Shown here piece after piece: positions 1-10,177 of a stretch of 62,370 nucleotides of DNA; position 1 is the stretch's first letter; each line of letters opens with the position of its first letter. The notes under the pieces were generated by a model that was not told the origin of the DNA, did no database searches, and saw only the letters and a program-made list of their open reading frames with translations. The position numbers and the translations under genes are program-made. Origin of the DNA: Verrucomicrobiaceae bacterium. GTDB taxonomy: Bacteria > Verrucomicrobiota > Verrucomicrobiia > Verrucomicrobiales > Akkermansiaceae. The DNA lies in contig JAACFN010000002.1 in assembly GCA_009937455.1 (NCBI GenBank), positions 1 through 62,370 on the forward strand, read 5' to 3'.

Positions 1-395
1 CCTGTGGCAACCAGAGCACCCTCGGGCAATGCTTCCAAGCTATCGGCTTCTGAGCATACCAGCACATCTCTCACGGGTGCACGCTCGAGCGCACCTACGA
101 CCTCAAAGTGGTCTGCAAGCACGGTTGGAACATCCTTCATGCTATGCACGGCGAGATCAACCTCACCATTTTCCAGCGCAACCTCCAGCTCCTTGATGAA
201 AACCCCTTTGTCGAAAACTCCCTCTACCTTGGCAACCTCCGAGAGCGGCACATCCGTTCGTCTGTCTCCGGTTGTGGTGATGATTTTACGCACGATTTCG
301 CGCTCTGGAAATTGAGCTTGTAGCGCGCGTTCAGTCATTTCCGCCTGGGCAAGGGCGAGTGCGCTGCCTCGTGTTCCGACGACAAGTGGTTTCAT
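1..395 (-). CDS. hemC: hydroxymethylbilane synthase, 5' part (runs off window)
   Basis: Not in ORF track. Manual translation MKPLVVGTRGSALALAQA...TTTGD...KGVFIKELEVAL...DLAVHSMKDVP gives HemC motifs. ATGA overlap with hemA stop. Confidence 0.95.
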   Translation of the reverse strand, partial: MKPLVVGTRGSALALAQAEMTERALQAQFPEREIVRKIITTTGDRRTDVPLSEVAKVEGVFDKGVFIKELEVALENGEVDLAVHSMKDVPTVLADHFEVVGALERAPVRDVLVCSEADSLEALPEGALVAT

Positions 396-1384
396 GATGT
401 TTGACTGATTTCCTCTGCGATCATTTGTTCGCAGAGTTTAACTTGCTTGGCTCGAGATTCTTTGGCGAGACTCGCCAGTTGCTGCAGTTTATCTATGTCG
501 TAGAGGTAGACCTCTTCGATATCGCCAGCCTGTGCCTCAATATCCCGCGGCACTGCAATATCAATTAAAAACAATGGACGAAACTTACGCTTCTTACGAA
601 CTGCCTCAATTTGAGATGCCTTCAATACAGGTTCAGATGCCCCCGTTGATGATACGATCACATCTGCCTTAACGAGAGCTTCTTCCCAAGAGTCAAAGGG
701 AACGACCTCGCCACTAAGTTCCTCCGCCAAGGACCTGGCCCGCTCAATAGACCTGTTTGTCACCGTCAACTGGCTCGCTCCCCGTGAGATCATGCTCTTA
801 GCTACCAGGCGGCTTGTCTCTCCGGCACCGATAATCATGACATGGCTGCCGTTGAGCTTACCAAAAATCTTCTCCGCCAGATCAACCGCAACATTACCTA
901 CCGAGGTAGCGCCCATCTGAATACGTGTATGTGTGCGGATGCGCTTACCGACCGCAAACGATTTTTGAAACAAGCGGTTCAACATCCCTTTGGTTGCACC
1001 TGCCTCGAAAGCTTGTTTGTAGGCATGTTTTACTTGTCCAAAAATCTCTGTCTCTCCCAGCACCATAGAATCAAGCCCACATACCAAAGCAAAGAGATGC
1101 TGTTTAGCATCGTCTCCACATTTCTGATAGAGGTGCGACATATCTTCATCATCATGATCTACTGATAAATGCTGCCTCAATACATCCAGTCCCATTTGGC
1201 GATCTTCTGCGGCTACATAGACTTCCATGCGGTTGCATGTTGATATCACAACGCCCTCAGCAATGGTTGTCAGCTCCGTCAACCTACTTGCCTGCAAACC
1301 CAATTGCTCCTCAGATACTGCAAAATGCTCCCTCACCTCAACAGGTGCGGTTTCATGATTGAGTCCCATGCATATCAATTCCAT
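392..1384 (-). CDS. hemA: glutamyl-tRNA reductase (short form)
   Basis: GLNHETAPVEVRE, STCNR catalytic motif, GLDSMVLGETEIFGQVK, GAGE, DIAVPRD. Confidence 0.97.
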   Translation of the reverse strand: MELICMGLNHETAPVEVREHFAVSEEQLGLQASRLTELTTIAEGVVISTCNRMEVYVAAEDRQMGLDVLRQHLSVDHDDEDMSHLYQKCGDDAKQHLFALVCGLDSMVLGETEIFGQVKHAYKQAFEAGATKGMLNRLFQKSFAVGKRIRTHTRIQMGATSVGNVAVDLAEKIFGKLNGSHVMIIGAGETSRLVAKSMISRGASQLTVTNRSIERARSLAEELSGEVVPFDSWEEALVKADVIVSSTGASEPVLKASQIEAVRKKRKFRPLFLIDIAVPRDIEAQAGDIEEVYLYDIDKLQQLASLAKESRAKQVKLCEQMIAEEISQTS

Positions 1385-2155
1385 CTAGTTGATCAGGGGG
1401 AAAATCATCAAAGACAGCACAAACAGCAATACCGCAGCCATGGCCAGCTTTCCCGGAGGCATACCGCGCCACCATTTTAAAATCAGCAAAACAGCATACG
1501 CTGCCCATTGCCCAAGGGCGACATAGAGATGCTTATTGGCAGCGCCCGTTTTCTCCATCACTAGACCACAGATAAGCCCTAAGGTGAGTAATGCAAAGCC
1601 AAGTAACAACAAACGCCCAACAACTTTACTCAAGTCACGAGCCGGTGGTAGGTTAGCAAACAAGCCCGTGCTCATGTGCGCGTCTTTCAACTGCCTGTTA
1701 AGCACAATAAACATCACCCCCGCAACGGCGGCTAAACCTAAAGCACCATATGCTAACACCGAAAACGCAGCATGAGATTCCCTCCAGCCATCTACCACTG
1801 TTTTACGTTCTGGGCTCGCGTCAAGCATCCCCGGCATCAAGGCTAGCGACAATAAAAAACAGACCAGCGGCGCCGTGAAAACCCCCAATAATGAAAGCCT
1901 GTAAACAGAGCCTACCGCCATATAAAACATCGTCAGCGACCATGCAGAAAAGATCAACACCTCGCCCGTGTCTCCAAGAGGGCAACTGGCACGCATTTCA
2001 CCGCGAATGCTCAGTATCGTCAGCTGAGCGACAAAGCAAAACAGCATCCATAACACCGTCCACTGAGACTTGTGACCACGGCGCACGTAGCGAGCCCCTT
2101 GCACAGCTGCCACAGCTGCAAGGATTATGGCTATGACAAGCATCCAACGGTCCAC
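1385..2155 (-). CDS. ccsA: cytochrome c biogenesis CcsA/HemX-like membrane protein
   Basis: Multi-TM protein with conserved His (ESHAA) directly upstream of hemA. Start set at GTG 2155 (ORF track 2194), uncertain. Confidence 0.75.
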   Translation of the reverse strand: MDRWMLVIAIILAAVAAVQGARYVRRGHKSQWTVLWMLFCFVAQLTILSIRGEMRASCPLGDTGEVLIFSAWSLTMFYMAVGSVYRLSLLGVFTAPLVCFLLSLALMPGMLDASPERKTVVDGWRESHAAFSVLAYGALGLAAVAGVMFIVLNRQLKDAHMSTGLFANLPPARDLSKVVGRLLLLGFALLTLGLICGLVMEKTGAANKHLYVALGQWAAYAVLLILKWWRGMPPGKLAMAAVLLFVLSLMIFPLIN

Positions 2156-2348
2156 GACGGCCTGTCTCTTGCACAGATACCCTAGGAATTTCAAGCCGAT
2201 ATCTTACTGATATTTTCAACCCTCGTATCACGCCTCTGGCGATATCTTCATCGTGGCATTCATCTCGTTGTAGAAATGAAGCCTCTCATTCAATGGGGTC
2301 AATGAAAGATTGGGTTGATGCCAGCGCAAGCCTGGTGGTGCGCCTGTA

Positions 2349-3260
2349 TCAACGCAGCCCGAGAATCTTTGCCGCAGTCTCCCCATTCACCTGAAACACC
2401 GCTGAATCCTGTGCCTTAGGTTTCTCCCCCTGCCTTGTCTGATACTGGTATATCTTAATAGGCTTAATACCCTCAACCTGGGACATTAGATAGACACGTA
2501 TGGTAATGGGATCATCCCCCTGATAGCCGGGCAGGTCCCTGATTTCGTAACTAATCTCATTAATTCCGTCCCGAGCACCGCCGATAATAACCTCTGATTG
2601 CTGGTTATCTTGAAACCGGTGTTTGCTGATCCTATTCACCCTTACCTTCACCTCCCTGCCCGGACAGTACGAGTATACCTTAGCGATGTATTTGGCCTCG
2701 GCTACCTCATCGGGTGTCGGTGGCTTTACCCCCGTTGGCAAAAAAGCCTGTTCATCGACATAAGCAAGATCACCAGAGGCGATCTGAGCTCTTACATCCT
2801 TGAGGTTGTCTAGGTTAATAAACTCTGCGGTATCATATTTCCAGCCGCGACCTTCATACACAAAACTCACTAATAGAAGGTTATCTGCGGGGGCCGCACC
2901 TGCCCCGAAATTGACTTTACCAAAATACACAGACTTTGCGCTCATACCCTTACTGCGCGCTCTCAGCATTTTTAAACCTTTGAGTGTGGGTGGAGCCGCG
3001 GGCACATTAAAAATATCTGCTGGCCATTGCCCCTTTTCAGACAAGATGCGGTTCTGGAGCGCGACCCTTCGATGGGTAGCGCTCACCTGGTGCCATGCTC
3101 GGTAATCGCGACTCACCATTGCATCACGCCAGTAAGCGTAGACCTTATCAAGCGATTGGCCTAACTTAAGCTGCTGGTCTGATACTTGAGCTTCAGCAAA
3201 ACCAAAACTCCCCAGTGACATGATCGCCACCAACACTACACGAAATAAATAGACCTGCAT
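2349..3260 (-). CDS. hypothetical secreted protein
   Basis: Long ORF with signal-peptide-like N-terminus (AEA-Q) when started at Met 3260; no recognised family. Confidence 0.7.
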   Translation of the reverse strand: MQVYLFRVVLVAIMSLGSFGFAEAQVSDQQLKLGQSLDKVYAYWRDAMVSRDYRAWHQVSATHRRVALQNRILSEKGQWPADIFNVPAAPPTLKGLKMLRARSKGMSAKSVYFGKVNFGAGAAPADNLLLVSFVYEGRGWKYDTAEFINLDNLKDVRAQIASGDLAYVDEQAFLPTGVKPPTPDEVAEAKYIAKVYSYCPGREVKVRVNRISKHRFQDNQQSEVIIGGARDGINEISYEIRDLPGYQGDDPITIRVYLMSQVEGIKPIKIYQYQTRQGEKPKAQDSAVFQVNGETAAKILGLR

Positions 3261-3377
3261 CACTCTTTGCATTGGACAATAATTCCAGCTAAGGGCAAAC
3301 CTTTTTTCATCAAGCTCATACAGCAAGGCCTTCTGGCTCATGTATTAGCCATGTCAGCATCACATTGAGCATCGATT

Positions 3378-4211
3378 ATGAACACTCTTACTAAGGCAAA
3401 GCCACTGAGCTTGGAGCGAGACCTTGAATTACTCAAGGATGCTGAGTCTTACACTTACCGCACCGTTGATGATGCCCAATTGGCAGCTCATTGTTTCTTC
3501 CCTGAGGGGCATCAAACTTCAGACGCAAGGCCGGCTGTCATCTTTTTCCATGGCGGCCTATGGGATGTAAGCATGACCACTCAATTTGCCCCGCATGCTA
3601 TGCATTTTGCTAGTCGAGGTATGGTCGCTGTCATCGTTGACTATCGTGTATCTTCAACTGCACCGGTAACACCTGAGAATGCGATCGAAGATGCGCAGGA
3701 GGCCATGTTATGGCTAAAAAATAACCACACTGAGCTCGGCCTTGACCCCAATAGAATTACGGCTGTGGGCGCTGCATCGGGGGCTCATATGGCTCTCTCG
3801 CTCGCCATGATGCCCGCAGCGGAGACTGCAGAAGGTTACTCCCCTCGTCCATTAAGCGTCATTGCCTTAAGTGCCATTGTTGACACCACCAAAAAAGGCA
3901 TCGGCATGGAACGATTTGCCGATCCAAAAAACGCCATCCAATTAAGTCCTTCAAAACTCGTTAAAAAGGGTCTCTGCCCAATGCTTCTTGTACATGGCAA
4001 AGCAGACACCATTGTTGCCCACCAAAACATTGCTAAGTTTGCTAAAGCGATGAGCCGTAAAAAAAATAAGTGTGAGCTTATTGAATACGAGGGCATGAAT
4101 CACAGCTTTTTTAACTTTAATGTGAGTGCTAAGCACTTCGAACTCACCCTAAATGCAATGGATGCCTTCTTGGTCAATCTCGATTGCATCGAGCCCGTGA
4201 GCTATCTTTAG
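3378..4211 (+). CDS. alpha/beta hydrolase (esterase/lipase)
   Basis: FHGGLW oxyanion motif, GAASGAH nucleophile region, HGKAD, C-terminal HSF. Confidence 0.85.
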   Translation: MNTLTKAKPLSLERDLELLKDAESYTYRTVDDAQLAAHCFFPEGHQTSDARPAVIFFHGGLWDVSMTTQFAPHAMHFASRGMVAVIVDYRVSSTAPVTPENAIEDAQEAMLWLKNNHTELGLDPNRITAVGAASGAHMALSLAMMPAAETAEGYSPRPLSVIALSAIVDTTKKGIGMERFADPKNAIQLSPSKLVKKGLCPMLLVHGKADTIVAHQNIAKFAKAMSRKKNKCELIEYEGMNHSFFNFNVSAKHFELTLNAMDAFLVNLDCIEPVSYL

Positions 4212-4411
4212 CGTCCTCTCAATCAAGACGCGGACTGATACGCCGCATGCGGCTTGCATTGACTTGAGCTCCGCTCCGTCTATGCAGAGTGACATTGGCT
4301 CCTCCGCCAATGGATCATCTAGATTCGCCACATACGCCCCTATGGGGCTGTGTGGCTTGCGTTCGAACCCTAGGGTCTCGTCCCGTATATTTTACCACGT
4401 CTCGAAAACAA

Positions 4412-4446
4412 TTCACCCCAACTCTGATGATCAGAGCTGGGGTGAA
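4412..4446 (-). terminator. hairpin directly downstream of tRNA-Glu
   Basis: ttcaccccaactctga-tga-tcagagctggggtgaa inverted repeat. Confidence 0.55.
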
Positions 4447-4447
4447 A

Positions 4448-4522
4448 TGGCAACCCGTACGGGACTCGAACCCGTGTTGCCGCCGTGAAAGGGCGGAGTC
4501 CTAACCACTAGACGAACGGGTC
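4448..4522 (-). tRNA. tRNA-Glu (TTC)
   Basis: Revcomp GACCCGTTCGTCTAGTGGTTAGGACTCCGCCCTTTCACGGCGGCAACACGGGTTCGAGTCCCGTACGGGTTGCCA folds as a cloverleaf; encoded CCA. Confidence 0.97.
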
Positions 4523-4663
4523 GCAAAAGTGGTGCGCTGTGCGCGGCGGGAAATTGCCACATTTTGTCTTTATGGCAAGAAAAATCAGATAAAATATTCT
4601 GTATAATTATTCGGGTCGCTTTTGATCTTTAAGAGTTGCCCCCTTTTGTCTAAACCTAAAGCC

Positions 4664-5644
4664 GTGAACGAAGTAAACTACGAGGAGCGCGGGCGGCGGA
4701 TCTTTGAGATGGAAATCAAAGAACTGCAAAATGTTTCTGCCTCATTGAGTGATTCCTTCACCCAAGCTGTGTCCATGCTGAAAAACTGCATCGAGAACAG
4801 AGGTAAAATCGTCGTCGTCGGCATTGGTAAATCAGGTAATATTGGCCACAAAATCGCTGCCACTCTGAACTCGACAGGCTCAACAGCTGTTGTCTTGAAC
4901 TCTCAAAATGCTCTCCATGGCGATCTGGGTATTATTTCAGATGGTGACGCCATCATCGCCCTCTCTTATTCTGGTGAAACCTCAGAGCTGCTCGACATAC
5001 TGCCCTTCATCAAGCGATTTGATATTGATCTCATTAGTATCACTGGCAAAGGCGGTTCCACTCTCGATAAGCAAAGCGATGCCACTTTACTCGCCGAAAT
5101 AGAACGTGAAGCGTGCCCGCTTAATCTAGCTCCGACCTCCTCCTCTACCGCCATGCTAGTCATGGGAGATGCCCTTGCCATGGTTTTACTTGAGTCAAGA
5201 GGCTTCACTGAGGAAGACTTTTCAAAGTTTCACCCTGGTGGGTCTCTCGGCAGGGCTCTGTTGACCAAGGTAAGTGATATCATGCGCAGTGGTGAGTCCC
5301 TAGCAATCATCAAGCCTTCCAACACCATTCAAGATGCACTGTCACAAATGAGCCAGGCTCGAAGTGGAGCATGCATCATCACCCATGATGACGGATCGAT
5401 GGCTGGCATATTTACCCACGGTGACTTCGCAAGGTCTTATCAGGAAAACAACGAGATTGGAAATCTGCCTGTCAGCCAGTTTATGACATGCGACCCCGTC
5501 ACCTTATTTTCCGATTCACTCGCCGCTGAAGCGATCACCACCATCGGCTCGCATCGCATTGATGACATTGTCGTTTTGGACCATGACCAAAAACCCATCG
5601 GCCTCATCGACACTCAGGACTTCGCACGCCTTAAACTTATCTGA
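4664..5644 (+). CDS. kdsD: arabinose-5-phosphate isomerase KdsD/KpsF/GutQ (SIS + 2 CBS)
   Basis: GIGKSG, HGDLG, SYSGET, EACPLNLAPTSS, FHPGGSLG; start GTG 4664 assumed. Confidence 0.92.
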   Translation: MNEVNYEERGRRIFEMEIKELQNVSASLSDSFTQAVSMLKNCIENRGKIVVVGIGKSGNIGHKIAATLNSTGSTAVVLNSQNALHGDLGIISDGDAIIALSYSGETSELLDILPFIKRFDIDLISITGKGGSTLDKQSDATLLAEIEREACPLNLAPTSSSTAMLVMGDALAMVLLESRGFTEEDFSKFHPGGSLGRALLTKVSDIMRSGESLAIIKPSNTIQDALSQMSQARSGACIITHDDGSMAGIFTHGDFARSYQENNEIGNLPVSQFMTCDPVTLFSDSLAAEAITTIGSHRIDDIVVLDHDQKPIGLIDTQDFARLKLI

Positions 5645-6177
5645 TGAACAATCCCATGAGACAACATCTTCGTTTTCTCACCATCTTCTCATTAGCGCTG
5701 GCTTCCTGTGGCAACCAGAAAACCTCTGTGACACCAGTGAAGATCACCCCTGTTGGAGCTCAGGTCGATCTCAACATGGTGACTATTCAAGTTAGTGATG
5801 CAGTAATCATCAAAAAGAATGATTCTGATTACTTCCTAAAATTGAATTACACGGTCGATAATCAAGCTGGAGCAATCATCGCCTTTCCCTGCTTATATAA
5901 CGAGATCGATGACCTCATTGAAGTCAACCTAAAGGACAAGGAAAACAACCCGCTGATGCTTGGCAAGCGCCCACTTGAAGGCCTCACACTGACTGAGCCG
6001 CGCCCGCTCAAAATCCCAATAGAAAAAACAACCCGCAGCTACCAAGCGCCTATCATGCCTGCATCACTGGAGCCGGGTGAGCAGCTAGAGATGAGGGTGA
6101 GGCTACACGCTCCGTCACGCTACGATGAACTACGCAGTAGTATTGAAGCTACCAAAGTGTATCTATCTTGGCCTTGA
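5644..6177 (+). CDS. hypothetical lipoprotein
   Basis: Lipobox LALASC; coupled to kdsD stop. Confidence 0.7.
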   Translation: MNNPMRQHLRFLTIFSLALASCGNQKTSVTPVKITPVGAQVDLNMVTIQVSDAVIIKKNDSDYFLKLNYTVDNQAGAIIAFPCLYNEIDDLIEVNLKDKENNPLMLGKRPLEGLTLTEPRPLKIPIEKTTRSYQAPIMPASLEPGEQLEMRVRLHAPSRYDELRSSIEATKVYLSWP

Positions 6178-6289
6178 TTCAGCTCATATTCACAGCACTT
6201 CAACCTTGCAACTTGGATATCTCTAAGCACACTGCCGTTCAATTTTCGTCCCCCCTCAATCAACCCAAAAACTCAAACTCAATAATCTT

Positions 6290-6856
6290 ATGGCATCTAT
6301 CGTAGCAACCAACGTCAAACGTGGCCAATGTATCAAATATGAAGGCGAAACCGGCATCGTTCTCAACCTCGACCACCGCACACCGGGTAAAGGCAATGCT
6401 CTGATCGCCGCAACTATTCGATCATTCCAGACGGGAAAAACTAAAAGCATCCGCTTCGCTTCCAGCGACAAAGTAGAAATCGTAGAAACCGATCGCCAGA
6501 AACTCGAGTTTTCCTACTCAGACCCACAAGGCTTTCACTTCATGGACATGAGCACCTATGAAACAGTAACCCTCGACGCAGAACTCATCGGTGATAACAA
6601 AAACTTTCTTGTAGAAGGCATGACTGCCGAGATTCTCTTCATCGAAGGAAACCCCGTCACCGTCGACGTTCCTGCCGTTGTCGAACTTGATGTCACAGAT
6701 ACTTCTGATGGCATTAAAGGTGACACCGCCAACAACCCCACTAAACCCGCGACCCTAGTAACGGGCCTTGTGGTTCAAGTGCCTCTCTTTGTGAAAATCG
6801 GCGATAAGCTAAAAATCAATACTGCGGAGTCGTCTTACTCAGGACGAGCCAACTAG
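6290..6856 (+). CDS. efp: elongation factor P
   Basis: TPGKG loop, KGDTA, KPATL.TG..VQVPLF. Confidence 0.97.
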   Translation: MASIVATNVKRGQCIKYEGETGIVLNLDHRTPGKGNALIAATIRSFQTGKTKSIRFASSDKVEIVETDRQKLEFSYSDPQGFHFMDMSTYETVTLDAELIGDNKNFLVEGMTAEILFIEGNPVTVDVPAVVELDVTDTSDGIKGDTANNPTKPATLVTGLVVQVPLFVKIGDKLKINTAESSYSGRAN

Positions 6857-6875
6857 TCATTCACCTTTGAATCCA

Positions 6876-6913
6876 AGCAGCGATCTTTTTTTACCAAACG
6901 GATCGCTGTTTTT
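6876..6913 (+). terminator. intrinsic terminator after efp
   Basis: gcagcgatct...ggatcgctgt stem followed by T-run. Confidence 0.65.
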
Positions 6914-6952
6914 GTATCCGCCCTCAGCACATCTTCATACCTTTGGCTCAGC

Positions 6953-7474
6953 ATGACATGGAATGATCAATTTCTTAATCTGTTCCGCAACTGCGTGGAA
7001 AAGTATCGTGGTGGCAATCATGATTATCGCTCCTATTACGGGCCTGATGATATCTCCTTCTTAAAGTCTATCGGGTACAAACCCCGAGAGATGTTCGACT
7101 TCGTAGAGGACCTTGTCGACGAAGGCACCCCAAGTGAATCTACAGCGCTCCTTATAGCCGCAGTAAGGCGTGATTATTTTCTCACCGTGCAAAAAGGCAT
7201 TCTCAGCGAGCATGAGATCAGCACAAATGATCTTCCTACTTTTGGTGATACACTAGACGGTAGAAACTACTTCCCCCGCATTCTGACCAAGGCCCGCGCC
7301 AAACTGCGTGGCGAACTCGATCCTGACATTATGTATGGCTGTGGCGGTGATCGCAAATTCCTGCGAGACCACGGCAACATCCACCCAGGCGATTTCCTTC
7401 GTCATGTGTGGGCATCAGGGGATGATGATCAACATATCATTGATTACGTCTGCTCCAAATCACCCAAAAACTAA
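6953..7474 (+). CDS. DUF5069-like conserved protein
   Basis: LDG..YFPRILTKARAKLRGELDPDIMYGCGGDRKFL resembles DUF5069 proteins common in Verrucomicrobia. Confidence 0.65.
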   Translation: MTWNDQFLNLFRNCVEKYRGGNHDYRSYYGPDDISFLKSIGYKPREMFDFVEDLVDEGTPSESTALLIAAVRRDYFLTVQKGILSEHEISTNDLPTFGDTLDGRNYFPRILTKARAKLRGELDPDIMYGCGGDRKFLRDHGNIHPGDFLRHVWASGDDDQHIIDYVCSKSPKN

Positions 7475-7490
7475 CCAAAAAATTATCATT

Positions 7491-8085
7491 ATGAAAGATT
7501 ACCAAGGAGAACAAATCCTCGTTGTCACCCGTCAACTTTTTGACAACCTCAGTGATTTTCAAGGCATCAATACGGACGTTGCGCGCTACCTACCCTCCCT
7601 ACTCAATCCAGAGAATAATTTTTTCATGGATCGTGGTGCGGCAGAAGATGACCCCTCCCATAAACAGCTCATCCCTTATTGTATTTTTAGAGTCAAGGAT
7701 GAGCAAGGCGATCGATACCTTCATTACACCCGTGGTAAATCATATTGGTATTGGTGGCCATATCAACCCTGTGGATCAACGTGAAGACCATTTAGGCATG
7801 GATACCTACATGGCCGGAGTCGAACGTGAAATTGACGAAGAGCTCAACATCACGGGTGGGCACACCAACAAAATTGTTGCGCTACTCAACGACGATTCTA
7901 ATGAAGTCGGGAAGGTTCACCTCGGGGTTGTTCATATGATCGATTTGGAAACAGATGATGTCCACGCAAACGAGGATGCCATCGCCAATCTGGCTCTTTG
8001 CTCACTCGACGACCTGCGCGGCCCCCTCTATGATAGGCTCGAAACTTGGACGCGCTGCTGCGTGGATGTTATAGAGGATTTATAG
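7491..8085 (+). pseudogene. NUDIX-like phosphoesterase, frameshifted at ~7743
   Basis: Frame 1 MKDYQGEQILVV...AEDDPSHKQLIPY...YTRGKS; frame 2 IGIGGHINPVD...REIDEEL...VGKVHLGVV...LETW. The usual linker between them is missing. Confidence 0.8.
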
Positions 8086-8141
8086 CTCAGCGGTAGCTCG
8101 CTTCGCTTGCATGTCAGATAAGTCTGTGATAATTCAATCTC

Positions 8142-9173
8142 ATGCCAGTTGCTACTCCTCAAGAATACGTCGCCATGCTAGATGCTGCCCAAAACGGCGG
8201 CTATGCATATCCCGCCATCAACGTCACCTCTATCACCACTATCAATGGTGCCCTGAAAGCATTTTCAGAAGCCGGCTCTGATGGCATCATCCAAGTCTCC
8301 ACTGGCGGTGGCGGCTTTGCCTCTGGCACCGCCGTGGCAGATGACGCCTTTGGAGCTTTAGTGCTAGCCGAAGCAACCCACTTGCTCGCTGAGAAGTACG
8401 ACGTGCTTGTCGCCTTACATACCGACCACTGCCACCCAGAGAAGGTGGACAGCTTCCTGCGGCCGCTTCTTGACGCTTCCCGTAAGCGCATTGCAGAGGG
8501 CAAGGGTCCCTTATTCAACTCTCACATGTTTGATGGCTCCGTCGTCGATCTCGATGAAAACCTAGCCATATCCAAAGAGTTGCTCGCAGAATGTGCCGAG
8601 CTCAACATCATTCTAGAAATTGAAGCTGGATGTGTTGGTGGAGAAGAGGACGGTCATGACACTTCTGGTCTCCCTGCTGAGAAATTATACACAAGTACCG
8701 AAGACATGGTCCAGGTATACGAAACTCTCAATGGTATCGGCCGCTTCATGTTTGCTGCCACCTTTGGCAATGTTCATGGCGCCTACAAACCCGGCTCAGT
8801 AAAACTGAAACCCACCATCCTACGTGATGGCCAAAATGCCGTCATGGAAAAATATGGTAAAGACGCTGAAATGGATCTCGTCTTCCATGGTGGTTCGGGA
8901 TCAGAACTTTCTGATATTCGCGAGACCCTCGGCTATGGTGTCATTAAGATGAACATCGATACGGATACTCAGTATGCATTTACTCGACCTATTGTTAAAC
9001 ACATCTGCGAAAACATCGAAGGCGTGCTTAAAATTGATGGTGAAGTAGGCAATAAAAAAACCTATGATCCACGTGGCTACCTCAAAAAAGCCGAGCAAAG
9101 CCTTTGCGATCGCCTGAAAGAATGCTGCGACGATCTACTCTCCACTGGCAACTCGATCTACGGCAAAATTTAA
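8142..9173 (+). CDS. fbaA: class II fructose-bisphosphate aldolase
   Basis: LHTDHC, SHMFDGS, GGEEDG, FGNVHG, VFHGGSG, KMNIDTD. Confidence 0.97.
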   Translation: MPVATPQEYVAMLDAAQNGGYAYPAINVTSITTINGALKAFSEAGSDGIIQVSTGGGGFASGTAVADDAFGALVLAEATHLLAEKYDVLVALHTDHCHPEKVDSFLRPLLDASRKRIAEGKGPLFNSHMFDGSVVDLDENLAISKELLAECAELNIILEIEAGCVGGEEDGHDTSGLPAEKLYTSTEDMVQVYETLNGIGRFMFAATFGNVHGAYKPGSVKLKPTILRDGQNAVMEKYGKDAEMDLVFHGGSGSELSDIRETLGYGVIKMNIDTDTQYAFTRPIVKHICENIEGVLKIDGEVGNKKTYDPRGYLKKAEQSLCDRLKECCDDLLSTGNSIYGKI

Positions 9174-9192
9174 TTGATACACACTTTAGATT

Positions 9193-9231
9193 CAACGGCA
9201 ATTCCTGTCACAGCAGGGCTTGCCGTTGTTT
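9193..9231 (+). terminator. intrinsic terminator after fbaA
   Basis: caacggcaa...ttgccgttg stem + ttt. Confidence 0.6.
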
Positions 9232-9315
9232 CGTCTTATACATCTTACACCTAAGCAACAATGTTTGGCCCAGTTAAAGTGGGCCTTCAGCTAAGCTTAC
9301 CAAGCTACGAGAAAC

Positions 9316-10047
9316 ATGACTAATAAACAACAAGACCATCCACTAGCCAACATCATGTGGAACGTGCTCATTCCGATCGTAGCTCTTAGCTTTTTAGGTA
9401 AAAATGGTGACAAGATCTGGCACATTGGACCAGTGGCTGGAATGCTTGTTGCCGTCTCCCTGCCCGTAATCTATGGCGTCCACCATCTCATCAAAACTCG
9501 GAAGCCCAACTTCTTTTCCATCCTCGGCATCGTGAGTATACTGCTTACAGGCGGTATTGCGATAATGGCATACAAGGACAATGGTACAGTAGACACCGCT
9601 GCCCCTCTGTGGTTTGCCCTGAAGGAAGCTGCTATCCCTTTTGTTTTTGGCGTAACCATCTTTGTATCCCATTGGACGAAAACACCTCTCATCAGAGTCT
9701 TTCTCTACAATCCCGACTTCTTTGATATTCCATCCATAGAAAAACGCATCAAAGAAAAATCTGCTGAAACTGATTACAAGAAGCTCATCTTCTCAGGCAC
9801 ACTGCTGCTCGCAGGCTCTTTTTTTATCAGCATGGTGATGAACTACTTTTTAGCGCTTCACTTCCTTACAGAAAACACTGGCTCGCAGGAGGACTTTAAT
9901 GATGGTGTCGCTAAACTAACCGGCTGGGGTTTTGCGGTAATCGGCCTACCCATGCTTATTATTCTCATGGTTATTATGTGGCGCTTCGTTTCTAGCCTGA
10001 AGAAAATCACAGGCATGCAAAACGACCAAATTTTGCTGGCCCGCTAA
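9316..10047 (+). CDS. VC0807-family membrane protein
   Basis: Multi-TM; N..WNVLIP, SILLTGGI, WFALKEAAIP, SMVMNYFLA. Confidence 0.7.
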   Translation: MTNKQQDHPLANIMWNVLIPIVALSFLGKNGDKIWHIGPVAGMLVAVSLPVIYGVHHLIKTRKPNFFSILGIVSILLTGGIAIMAYKDNGTVDTAAPLWFALKEAAIPFVFGVTIFVSHWTKTPLIRVFLYNPDFFDIPSIEKRIKEKSAETDYKKLIFSGTLLLAGSFFISMVMNYFLALHFLTENTGSQEDFNDGVAKLTGWGFAVIGLPMLIILMVIMWRFVSSLKKITGMQNDQILLAR

Positions 10048-10177
10048 GAGCTAAACACCCTCTACAGGACCACCACCCTAGATGCAAAAACCGATAGTCT
10101 CACAATGGAGGCTACCGGTCAGTTAAAGGTTATATACGCTGTATCTTTTTGGGATACTCAATGCGGCTAATCAGAAA

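Noticed and set aside
4-323. Two + strand ORFs at window start
   Set aside because: Antisense shadows of hemC, which the ORF track missed because it runs off the window
7308-8085. Programmed ribosomal frameshift or two separate genes
   Set aside because: No slippery site, and conserved residues are missing at the junction; a deletion explains it better
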